From Selaginella moellendorffii (lineage: Eukaryota > Plantae > Lycopodiophyta), in contig NW_003314348.1 in assembly GCF_000143415.4 (NCBI RefSeq), forward strand, positions 624,062-688,061: 64,000 nt of DNA, in the 5' to 3' direction. The translations under genes were made by a program, and so were the position numbers. Of the stretch, positions 1 through 11,878 are shown piece after piece. The notes beneath the pieces were generated by a model. It ran no database searches. It was not told the origin of the DNA and was given only the letters and a program-made list of their open reading frames with translations. Position 1 is the first letter of the stretch, and each line of letters starts with the position of its first letter.

Positions 1-2020
1 TAGAAAAGCGCAACGGCCACTTTCCTATGCCAACTCCAGACTCTATCCAACTTAATTGCTTTAGCCCCAAAAGTTAGCATCCTTTTCGGGCTGCATCATA
101 CAAACTATCTACTAAGGTCTAAGCCAATCGAAGTCAACTCCAACCCTTTCACTAATTTGTATTAACTTACGAAAACGGAATGGTTTTTGGGCAAAGTGAT
201 CAACAGATCAACCATTGGAAAAGTCTATGAAAATTTGTGGAAAGTTTTCCATCATAGAGAAAGAATGACTCTCAGTCCAGGATTGCAAACTTTTAAGACT
301 CAACCAACTTCCTCCTATTAACAACTTCACATAGGTTCACCTCAACAGAAATTCTCATGACCCATAGTATACTTAAGCTTTGAACATCTTTGCCCATACT
401 TTGACATCCAACACCGACATCCGCAAATGCAAAGTGAACATTCAAGGCTTGATCATGAAAATCACATCTCCAGATATCTAAATTACACTAACACTCTTCT
501 TCAACCACCTTCAAGATCCAATGTGAAGCTTAATACACTAACAAGAAAAATGACATGGAAAATCAAGGTCTAAAGAAAATTCTTCATTATTCGAAATAAT
601 AATGCCACTTCCACTAACACAAGTGCTAGTGATATTAATGCCTTCACTACACACCTTCTCCATCTAACAATTTACTCCAAGTGTTAACGGATCAACTGAT
701 GAGATATAGCAACTGAATGCTACAACCCTTTTCCAACACCACATAGGCAAACTCTCAAGGAAACAAGGTACCAACTAGAGCTTAGCATAATGGACCACCA
801 TCAAGAATCCAATCAAAGCTACTACAATGCTACTATATGTAAGTAGATTAGCTTCACTATCAACCACTTTGGGGTTGATCATTGTCTAACCAAGCAACTT
901 CGTAAACACATTACTCATTATCACATGGATATGATATAAGTATCACAATGAATTGATCATCAATTGAGCAACACCACGAGCAATACCCATGTTATTACTT
1001 CAAAGGTTTATATGAATATCAAGTGCTAACTCAATTCGACAAAATGTTACATAAATGCCACACCCTATCAATAGAGATTTACAACACTTAACGCCACTAA
1101 CTTTTGTTCACAACATGGACAAGCTCATGCCACTCTCTTTCCAACCAAACTCAAAACTAATCTAACACCAAGCTATTCAAGGAGTAATAGCAAGGTTCCC
1201 TTGAAAAAGAATTGAGCATTGTAATCCAAGTCTTCTAATAGCAAGCCTAGACAAAATGGTATAGCGCTTCACTGCTATCCATCTCACGACTCACCATTTG
1301 CAAGACTATCATTTCCAACATGCATCAAGGTAGGGACTCTTGATTACATAATGTGAACACGAGCAATGAGTCATACTTCGTTGCAAATCATCTCTCCAAG
1401 AAGAGAAAATGATTTATGTGTTTGATCCTTCATCCCTGACGACTCTCTTTTCGGTCTCATCTTTGACTAAACCTCAAGCTTGCATTTGCATTACCTTCAA
1501 TTTAATCCAAGAAAAGTTTATGAGAGAGCACAACAATGACTACCTGAATCAATAAACTAATCCCTACAGTCTTGATTGATCCACTTATAATCATGCCTAA
1601 GAAGGATCTACTAGTGCCATGCTAAACAGTTACAGGCTAGCCTATTTGCCACTTATAACAAACCTAGGGAAAGTTTACTTAAACCCACGGTACATGGAAC
1701 AACTCACGGAACCACTGATAGGCTAACATTAATCCTACCAACTCAAAGCATAACCTCGAGTTGTTAATGTGCCTCACTCACGAGCCCAAGCGTAAACTCA
1801 TGTTGCTGGAACAACTCAATCCTTCTTATGAGCCCAAGAGCAAGCTCACACAATGCGGTACAAAAAAGTAAACAAATCCATACCCAAGGAACAATTGCGA
1901 AGTCTTTGCACCTAAATGTGTACCCACTCGGATCATCGTTTTCATCTCTGCGTATGTAACGAGACTAGTTGCCCAATCTCATTGGATAGTACTCACCGAG
2001 ACTCATCCTCTGATACCAAA
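1..2020 (-). mobile_element. Degenerate internal region of an LTR retrotransposon (runs off the window start)
   Basis: Lies directly downstream (minus strand) of an LTR and PBS. No intact ORF. Positions ~820-2020 align with a second eroded copy at ~17280-18384. Confidence 0.8.
2008..2018 (-). other. Primer-binding site complementary to initiator tRNA-Met
   Basis: CTCTGATACCA on + reads TGGTATCAGAG on -, 2 nt after the LTR-terminal CA. This is the canonical plant LTR-retrotransposon PBS. Confidence 0.9.
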
Positions 2021-3164
2021 TGTAGCGCATGTGGTTTTGACCCTTTATCCTATGATGATTTACCATAGGATAACACCACGAAGCGGAACCTAAACTCTCT
2101 TTGTGCCACGTGACAGATGCCATGTGTCACATGCCACGTGTCCAAAGGAACGTGGTGTGGAACCCGAGGTTCAAGGCCTTGGGCCATTGAACGAAGGAAC
2201 GGTGCCAAACTCCCAAGCATGGAGCCAAAGAGTGATGGAACTGGACCATAGAGCAACTCCTGAGCATACAGCCCAAGGAGTGAAGGGACAGGAGCCCGGA
2301 GCGACTTGGAACAGTCCTGAAGCAACCAGCATCCCAATGCCAGGACCAGCACGCAAAACGGAGCCAAACGGAGTCTGGCACTATTTCGGCATACCGGTGG
2401 CCTAACGTGAGGATATGGGTACTCCACCAGCTAGCATGGAATGGAACTTGGGCTTAGACCCAAGCCGGACGCAGAACAAGGACAGGCACGCAAGCAGGAG
2501 CTAGACTATGCCTCAGGTTGGTCGGCCATGCTCGACCTACCCACTATCCCTACTATTCATTTGGAACCCCTCATAGCCCCCCCACCCCCCCTTGAGGAAC
2601 ACTTTAGGCTTTCACCCCAAGCCTCCCTTAGTACCAGAAGTTAGTCTCTGGGACAAGCTCGAAACTTACTAAATATGGAATGTCCTTAAATTGTGAATTT
2701 AAACACGGGACGAATACCATTGTGTTCAGGCCAATCTCTACATTCCGTAAATATGCCAAATGAGCAAATTTAGACACTTTCCATAATTAGCATTTGGGAC
2801 CAAAATGAGACTAACACTAAAGGCATGATAGCGAGGGTGTTTGGCATACATGGTAAGCTATCATCCAGCGATATTGAGGGACTAATCTCAATACGCGAGG
2901 GTTCTTGTCAAACCAGTGCAAGACAGAGCAAAAGAGAACTAAGAGCCAGGTCGAGTATGCTTAGGTAGAAACACATAGGAGTTCCTACCTTATGTCCATC
3001 TGGCTAAGTACATGTGCTAAGCCCAGTAAACTAACACTTGAACAAGAGGGGCTGATAAAGGGAACCAGCAATACCGACCTCCTGCTGTCGTGGCAGTAAG
3101 GTAAGAGTGTCCGTAAGGACTGGTTGACAGGTAACTTTTGATACCCAAAGTCATATTCACAACA
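2021..3164 (-). mobile_element. 5' LTR (~1.14 kb), best-preserved copy of a family present several times in the window
   Basis: TGT...ACA termini (tgtagcgc...ttcacaaca) and adjacent PBS. Homologous segments at 3165-3368, ~16615-17250, ~18385-19352 and ~20615-21216. Confidence 0.8.
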
Positions 3165-3368
3165 ATTTTAGCATACCGATGGTTTAATGCGAGGATATGG
3201 GTACTCCATTAGCTAGTATAGTATGAAATTTAGGCTTAGACCCAAGTTGGACACAGAATAAGGATAGGCATGCAAATGAGAGCTAAATTATACTTTAAGT
3301 TGGTTAGCTATACCCAACCTACCCACTATCTCTATTATACATTTGGAACCCCTTATAACCCCCTTTTT
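3165..3368 (-). mobile_element. Older fragment of the same LTR family abutting the younger LTR (probable nested insertion)
   Basis: Ungapped alignment to ~2383-2580 at roughly 79% identity (hand count). Confidence 0.85.
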
Positions 3369-3399
3369 TACTATTATTACTAGTTGTTGATATTATATT

Positions 3400-5500
3400 C
3401 TAAGAATAGTATTTAATAAGCATTCTTTCACTTGTCCAAGTGGAGTTTGTTGAACACTTGGGTTGTATATAAGTGTGACAATAATAGTGCTACAACTTCT
3501 ATAATTGTCCATTTGCAGAGTTCAAAGTGAATGACCTAGTATTAGTCCATTTCCCCAATTTTATAATACATAATTTATTTAAAAAATTCCTTGCTCAATG
3601 AAAAGGATCATATAAAGTGTTATGGCAAGATGAATCATAAGTTTATGAGGTTCAACATGATGTTCAATAGGCCAATCCTCCAGAAATTTTGCATATACAA
3701 CTAAAATGCTTTATACAAAAAGATCAAGAACAACTAACACCATTTACAAATTCATTAGTACCTCCTTTTGATGTTCTTCTAGATCTTGGTCCATCAATTA
3801 GAGAACTTTAATTGCATTCCATCCTTCTGAGAGGAGGAGATGATGTGAGGTCTAATTATATAACTATAATGTCGTATATTAATATTAGTATGGTAGAATT
3901 TTGATAACCATTGGATTGATTTCAATTTGGAACACTTTCTTTTATATATAACTTAAAGTTTTTGAGTTAATTGATATACACATTTCTATATTCCACTTTC
4001 CTATTCTATACACTCATAACATGGGATTTAATCCTTCAATAGGTAAGAAAGGGAACTGTTGTCATCTTATGTTTTCTAATTTGTAATTAATATATTTGAT
4101 TATTTAAATAATTTTTTAATTAATTCATGAGTAAAGTTGACAAAGGGAAGAAAAGTAAGATCTAACTCTAGTTTCTAGAAGAGTTTATAAAATCTTGGTG
4201 AGGCTTACCTTAAAATATCTTTAAATTTAAGAAATAAAAGAGAATATTAGTTTTAGAAGTATAAAGTTCCTCTTATGTAAACATTTCTTAACATATTACT
4301 TTATATTTAGTTTGATGGTAAAACTAGAGGATTGGATATTTTACTTTACCTTTCCTCATCTTCTATGATTTGTTATTACAAAGTATTATTTTTATATCAA
4401 TATAAAGGAGCATTGAAGGTAATTTATTCATGATATAAGAATAAAAACCTAATGCATAAGGAGAAAGATAAAAATGAAATATCAGCTGCTTACTTTAATC
4501 TTTCATATATATACAACCAAAGCAAAATTTTTGGCACAAATAACAATCAATAAGGGAAAGTTATTCTTTCATGTATATATTTAATATATGAAGAATCTAG
4601 TGCATATAACCATAGCTCAAATCTTGCTAAAATACTATATACTCAATCAATTCAATATTATGTTTAAAATTGATGTTTCTTCTTTGATTTGCAATAGTAG
4701 AAAAATTACCTTTTCTTCACCATCTCTTGTATTATGCATTTCTTAGATCATGTCAATTTCTATTTTCTTAATATATCCAGAACTATTCTTTGCTCTGGTT
4801 TATGAAGTTTAATATAAATATGAGCAATTTGGATAAATTTATTTATATATGTTCTTAAATGAAAAATTAGATACATAATAGAAATTATAATATTTTTTCA
4901 TTAAACTATGAATGTTAGAGCTATCATTACACCTCAGATAAAAGCATTTAACTCAGTATGGAATTAAAATTGTAACTTCACCAAAAATATTACAAAATAG
5001 AAAACCTATTATTCTTTAGTTTAGTAAAACTTAACTATTTTTAAAGTTTGGATATGTTTTGGTTGTATAAAGGCAATAAAAACTATTAATTTTGTGATGC
5101 CTTGTTTTTTCCAACACTTGCATTATTATCTAATTGTATTATTTACATTATTATGTATTTCTCTAGAGATGAATAGTGGAAAATTTCTAAATAAATTTAA
5201 CCATGCATAGAATCAAAATTCTCATATGCAAAATTAGAAAAGAAGATTGCTATATCTTCCAGCAGAAATAGGATCTCTACTAATCTTATGTATATTTTAG
5301 TGTTTAACCTGGCTATGGTTTAGGAGGATATTCTTTGAATTTAACCCATGTTCTACCACCCAAAACATGCCACATAGGCCTCTCCTGTGATAGAGAGTAT
5401 ACATCTCTTGTTGCCATGGACAAATCATCTAAAATTTTGGGGTTCAAACACTAATTAAGAAATTTGTATTTGTTTCATAAGTAAAATCTTTAATCATTTT
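3400..5500 (+). mobile_element. AT-rich degenerate retroelement remnants with a probable polypurine tract and 3' LTR start
   Basis: GAGAGGAGGAGA (3829-3840) followed by TGA then TGTGAGG (3844), a PPT-LTR junction pattern. No ORFs; very AT-rich. Confidence 0.45.
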
Positions 5501-6401
5501 TAGTATTGAATATTTATTTGTTCCAAGAGTAACATTTGTAACACTGTCACATAAAACACATAACCAAAGATCGCGTTGAAGTCGAAATCTTCCACATCTT
5601 TCACTAACTTCAATTGTGTACTCCTTATCCCGCCAGTTGGGCTTAGCCGTCCGATGCCACCATCCTACGGCCCAATTTTTATCTTGGAGAAAATCTCCAA
5701 CGTAATAGACGAATCCCCTGCCGAGCTAGAAAACGAGCGCTGATTCCCGCTCTCTCTTCCTGCCTGTTGGGGCTGTAGCGCCCCTTGGGTTTGGGAGGAT
5801 CTCCCGTTCAATGCTGTGCCTGAGGCATTCAATGGCAGGAGTTTAATTCCTGGCTTCAGCTTCGCGACCAGCAGGAGGACAACGAGTCCTGCGATCGGCG
5901 CTAAAGCACGGTGATGCGCCAATGCCATTGCACCAGCGCTTCTTGTCAGAGATGGAGGGAAGAGTTCTACTGCAAGTTCCCAAGAAGGCCGTTGTCATCT
6001 TCTTGGGAACTTGCATTTCTAGAAGGTAGAAGAAGAGGTCCAGCTGACTGAAAGGTATGGTTATAGAAAAAGACATGTCTACCCCATAGCTTCAACGGAG
6101 AAGCTCGAAGAATGGAAGAGAACAATAAATTCCCATACCCGACAGTAAGATTCTTGCTTCTTTTTCTCTTTGATTTTTCCCGTACAGAAACTAACAATAG
6201 CTCAATCAGCTCGAAAGAGACAGGTTTGACTATGGACCAAAGGGGAGACGCAGTCTGGCCAGACCCCGAGCGTGGACTCATAGCTGGTGATCTTAGAATT
6301 GATTGTGTACCTAACCACAGCTTTGAAAGTTTTGTATCCCCACTGAGAATGTTGTCAACTTATACAAAATAATTGTATGTACATTTAGCATTGTTTCTTT
6401 G

Positions 6402-9400
6402 TTACTCCTCCTCCCAGACTTGGTAATCGCTGCCTTGACCAACGCTTCGTTTCCAATTTCCAATGAGATCGTTCTGCTTGGATGGGTTCCAATCGAAGCG
6501 ACCGAGTTTTACCACCAGCTGCTCCCCAACTTTCGCAACGTAGCCATCGTTATTTGCGTGGAAGATTTTTACAGGACTCCGGCAGTTGATGCCAGTGCGA
6601 TTCCTTGCTGCGATGAGATCCACAATGGGATCACGCAGCCCAAAGTCATAAAAGTGATCGTAGAAGATCACAGGCTGTGGCAACAAATAAAGGTGAGGAA
6701 AAACGCACTGCAATATATTCGTTTCAAAGAGAGACTTACCGTCCCAGGATGTGTTAGTATGTATGCGTAGCCTTGAAGGAGTTTGTCACGAGGAAATGGC
6801 CAATGACCCTGTGCCAGAATAAAAACTTTCAGTCACTTCAGGAACTCATGCAAGACGGCGTACCTGAGTTGATCCTGTGTCGTGGTTCTCAAGGAATGTT
6901 ACCGCTCTCGAAGGCCACCAGCCCATAACACCAGGGGGTTTCTGTCGTGGATCAATGAGTCTCCAGTACTCGTTGTGCAATGCAGCATGAAGAATGCCCT
7001 GTAAAACAGATCAGTCAGGCACATTCTTTTCTAGTTTTGGGTGCACACCTTTGTTGTCACGTCGAAAGCAGAGGAAGTTCCTCCAGTTGCATTGATCCAA
7101 TCGATGATACGTTGTCTATGAGCATCTTTACGCAGAAGAAAAGATAAACATTAGATGAGGTAAGTCATGGATTTATCCTCAGGCTTACCCTGGTTATATG
7201 CAACGTTTCCACCTTCGTACAGCAAACTGTCCCAGTACTCGCCGATCGCAAAAGCAGGTTCACTGGCTTCAATATATTCTTTCACGTAACCTCCCCAAAA
7301 TCCCCTGTGTTTAACGAGAGAGAGTGTCAATCGATATATAGCATCAAGTTGTCTAGACCGCTTACCTGACAAAGTCTAAACGCCAGCCATCATATCCAAT
7401 CTCTGTTTTCAGCCAATCCAAGTATTCTTTGATGTCCTTTCGAACGAAGGCCTGGGAGTGATCAATATTGGGAGCAGCATGGAAAATATCACCTGAATAC
7501 GTTAAAAGATGTTAAATAACTGTTGAAGAAAATGCTGAACTTACCGCTCGAAGGATTTCCTCGCCCTTGAAAGTTTGGATCATCGTTCACTATAGCCTCT
7601 GGTCCCCAAGAAAGTTTTCCTCCAAAAATATTCCAGACGCCATTTGAATTCTGTGATTTTTGTCGCTCAAAAACAGTCAGAATTACTGGTGAGAGGACAC
7701 ACAATGCTGCTTACTTGTTTGTAGGCACACCGGTGATTCAACACAACATCACCTAAGACCTGTCGCATTTAGAATAGTTAGAAAGCACCTAGGCCAGTAG
7801 TTGAGTTTACCAAAAGGTCGTGCTTGTGCATTTCTTGAATACAATGTTTTAACTCGTCCATGGATCCGTATGCTGAATTGAGGTTGTAGAGATCCACCGG
7901 CATGTAGCCTACACAATAGAAAAAAAAAACTTGATCCGTTACTCTGTTCAGCAACCGATTATTGACATGAAACCTTGTGGAGCGACGGATTCTGTAGGTG
8001 GAGGAAACCACACAGTTGTTATGCCGGACTGCGAAAGATCAGCAGCTTTTGGCGCCAGGTCCTGATACCATCTCTTGCGGCAACTCTCCCAATTGAAGCC
8101 TTGAAACTTAAAACAGAAAGAAGAATCTAATGATTTTTTGCAAAACAAGGCTCAGAAATATACATACCACGATTTCACGACCAGACCCTGTCCCTGATTC
8201 TGTAGGACAAACAAAGTGAGATGAAAGATTATAAAGAGGAAAGAAAGAAAAGAAGATCACTGTACCAGAAAAGAGAACGTACCAGGTTTTTCTTTTATCA
8301 CTCTTCCTTTCCTCTTCGTAATAGTTGTTTGACCAAGAGCCTGCTCCAGGTCCCTTCGTTGTTTGTCCAGAGTTTCCTTCGCTACCACGTCCTTGGAAAA
8401 CAAGTCATCTTGCTTCACTTTCGCCTTTGCAACGGACCATACTTCCTCCAACGAAGGAAGCTCAAGAGGTTTCGAGGTCTCTGTATCCGCAGAAACTGTT
8501 GTCTGATGTCTAGGAGGAATTCCTTGCATTGCTGCTTGTATTCTCTTCTTCATCCAATCTGGTATCTCCCTTCGTGGACCACCTTCAACGAGTTCTGCGA
8601 TCTTATCTCCGCCTAGCAGTGCCGTCATACGACCATCTGAAAATACCACTGACCACTCAGCATCGGATCTCTGAAGCAACCCCTCGCTATTGAGGGCTCT
8701 CTCCTTCCAAGCCAGCAGCGAGGCTTCGGAAGCAGCAAGCGCGTTCTCGAAAGCTTGAAACCTTCGCAAATTCGCTTGCTCTTTAATTTTCTTGGCTTTC
8801 TCGGACGCCTCCATGGCTGCTTGTAGAGCTGCTAGCTGCGCCTCGAAAGCAACCTTGAGCGACTCCTCCCTCGCGCTTGCTGTGGCTCTGAGCGACTCGA
8901 CTGTCTCGTTAAACATGGAAGCGCGCTCTTGAGCAGCATCCCCGACTTTCTGACGGAGTTCCTGAATAGTAACGTCCGCCTTGGCAGCTCGAGCCTCCGC
9001 AACTTTGGCTTGAGACTTTGCAGCGTCGGCAGCAAATTGGAGTCGCGAGAGATCGTCCTTTGCAATCTCCAGTTGTTTCTCGAGAGAAGCCACCGATTCT
9101 TCCAGAGTCGACAGCAGAAGCTCTGGTTTCGGCACCTTCTCAAGCAGCAGGAGCTTCTGTGCTAGAGTTTCTTCCGCCCGCTGTGCACACTCCTTGGCCG
9201 TCTCTAGCGCCTTTCGAGCCTCGTCTGCTACAGCTTCGAGCTCCGTAGCCACCGATACAGCCGCGTCACTGGCAGCATCTTTGACAGTCTTCTCCACAGT
9301 AAGATTCGCGTCGGCAACCGACGTCTTTTCCACCACGTCTTTGCGCTTTGCACTGCGCCTCGATATCTCCTCCAGTACAAACTCGGCAATCTTCTGGGCC

Positions 9401-9949
9401 TTCTTGTTGATGTCTTTGACGTTTTGTTTCTCCAGCGCAGCAATCTTCTCTTGCAAAACGTTTCCCAGCTCCGACTTGAGTGACTCATTGCTCCAGTCAC
9501 TCGTAGACGCAGACATTTGCTTTGTCACTGTCTTCCTCTTGCTATCCTCCACTACCGGTGAATCACGTTGCAATGCAGCACTGGAACACGAATTCAAAAA
9601 GAAGTGAGACACGTCTAAAGCTTAAAGGCAAACGGGAAAAAAGTAAAGAAATTTACTTCACAAAATGCGTATAGCTCAAACGCTTCTGGATACCGGTGGC
9701 TCGTACTCCCTGCCGATTTCCGGGTATGAACTGCGAGGAAACAGTGAATCAATATCCACAGAAGAGATCGATCGAGATCTAAATGCGAGGCGAGAGAATG
9801 CGGCGCTATCGATCCTGCCAAAACCCTCGACGCACTGGATCCGTCGCAATCGGACCTCCAGACACCGCGCACGCAAGCGCCGCCGCGACACAAGCCGCTT
9901 TACATACCGTGGAGCAGCTGTGAGGCCGAATCACGGCAGCCGACGCCAT
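6402..9949 (-). CDS. AMY: Alpha-amylase (GH13) with a long N-terminal coiled-coil extension, probably plastid-targeted; multi-exon, start uncertain
   Basis: Spliced exons give GREIV|[50 protein letters not shown] and C-terminal [10 protein letters not shown]...QVWEEE* (stop 6402). A ~430-aa A/E/K/L-rich exon (~8284-9570) splices in frame via EKP|[14 protein letters not shown] 9949 is tentative. Confidence 0.92.
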
Positions 9950-10310
9950 AGCTCCGCCTCGCCCTTGCTCTGCCTTGACGATCCTGGAAGTAATAATATA
10001 AGGACCTCAAGGAATGTAAGGAAAACGCGCACATCGATTACGATGCAAACACGTGGCGCAACAGGATGCATTTGGGGCGCTTTACACTTTTCCACAGCCA
10101 TATCTCCCTCCTTTCAGTTTTTGCCAACGTGGATCAACGACGTGTCAGACTTGACCTCCAATCAATGCAGGAAAAATGTTGCATGGATATTCTAAGAGAT
10201 AGGCTCGTGGGTTTCTAAATTTAAAGAGATAGAAACTATAGCATGGTTGATCATACAATCGAACAAGGAGACATTGAAAGAGATAGAAACTATAGCTCGC
10301 TCATGGTTGA

Positions 10311-11630
10311 TCACTTCCTTACGTAGGCGAAGTATTGGAGCATAGGAACCACGAAGGCGATGACGAGAAGGCCCACAACCACTGTCGTGAACTGGCCACG
10401 CTTTTCCTCGGTCTCTTTCTTGGTCTTGAAATTGGATTCGCGTTTGTTCTCCTGGAACTTGGGGCCGCCTGGATCTGGCAGCCCGTCTATGGCGGCGATC
10501 AGACGATTGCAAGTGCTGTAGAGGGCTTCGTTATACTTCTCGTCGGTCGCCAGCACTGGAAGGAGGCCAAGAGAGTGATTAGAAATAAGAAACATGAAAA
10601 GAGTAATGAATAGAAACATCTCTAGATGTTAAGAAACAGTAGTTCAATCTAGCTATCAAACTGACTAGAAACCGCTGTGACTTTGATCTAGAAAAACCAT
10701 AGAGGAGAAAGATTTGCTCGTTTGAAGGAGAAGTATAACGAGCTGAGAGGAGTGATATGATCTAGAGACTTGAAAGAATTCGTACCAGGAAGGTTTTCGG
10801 AGACGACGGCTTCGAGGACCTGGTCACCGACTACCTTGGTGAACTCTGGGCCGCCGGTGACAGCGCCTTCTTTCTGTGTTGTCACGAGTAAAACGAGTCC
10901 TTTGTTGTTGCCAACTTCTACAGTAGGGTACCACTTCTCCAGTAGCTGATCCGCAAATTCGAACGCATCGGCTTTACTCTACACGCACACTGTTTGTAAG
11001 TTAGTCTCCGTTCCAAGAAAATGGCATTCAATCAAGGAGAGATGAAAGAAACAAGGCGATGCATGAATCAGGATCATGAAAAAATCGCGGGGGACAATCT
11101 AGAAGAACACAAACTACCTAAAGGATCGTCATGGAGACATTGCCTCAATTCACACAAACCACTGGAGAGCAATCATCTAGCAGAGAAAGCACAAGAACAA
11201 AAAAGTAGACAACACGGAAGGATGGAAGTGAACTTACCGTCAATTTGCGAAGAGTGACAATGTCGATGTGAAAACCCTTGCGCTCCTCCAAATCCGTGAG
11301 AAGATTCTTGATATCCGACTTGTTGACACGGCTCACAACACCGGCATCGTCCACGAGATGGCTCTCCGTGGGAGGTCCATTGGCCAGCACGCTGAATTCG
11401 TTCGCATTTGCTGGAAGCACTGGCACCGCTGAGATCTGGAGCGCCCCAGCGATGGCAAACGCCGCCGCAGCTTGAAGCGCTGGCACCGCTCTCGAATCTG
11501 GGGAAGAACGCATTGCTGCCCTAGCACTTACCTGCATTCGAGGAGAGGATTGGCGGCATCTTCTAGAGTTCTTCCCCAGGATTGACGATGCCGCGATCGA
11601 TGCTTGCTGCGGCAATGTGAGCGTCGCCAT
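10311..11630 (-). CDS. TLP18.3: Thylakoid lumen 18.3 kDa protein / Psb32 (TPM domain), 3 exons
   Basis: Bipartite transit peptide ending ANA-NEF. Motifs LVDDAGVVSRV, KADAFEFADQLLEKWYP, LATDEKYNEA, and SNFKTKKETEEKRGQF followed by a C-terminal TM helix. Confidence 0.95.
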
Positions 11631-11878
11631 AGCCGATGTAAATATTTCCCCTCGCTAAAGAGGCATTCCCGCCTTATCTATCACAAAGTCATCTCGGCCG
11701 TTGGATCAAACCCCACTTTTGAAAGAAGGGCAAGGAACTCCCAGCCGTTAGATCAAGGACTTTAACGTGGCGGGGTTGCATGCGTCCACCGCGCGGGTTT
11801 AGAGCCCTAACAGGAGGGAATATCAGGAATGCTGGCAACAGGCGATTGCCGTGCACTGTGATCGTCCAGATTTTGGGA

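Noticed and set aside
2050-2644. Several 60-125 aa ORFs
   Set aside because: They lie within the LTR, are destroyed in the other copies and show no protein motifs.
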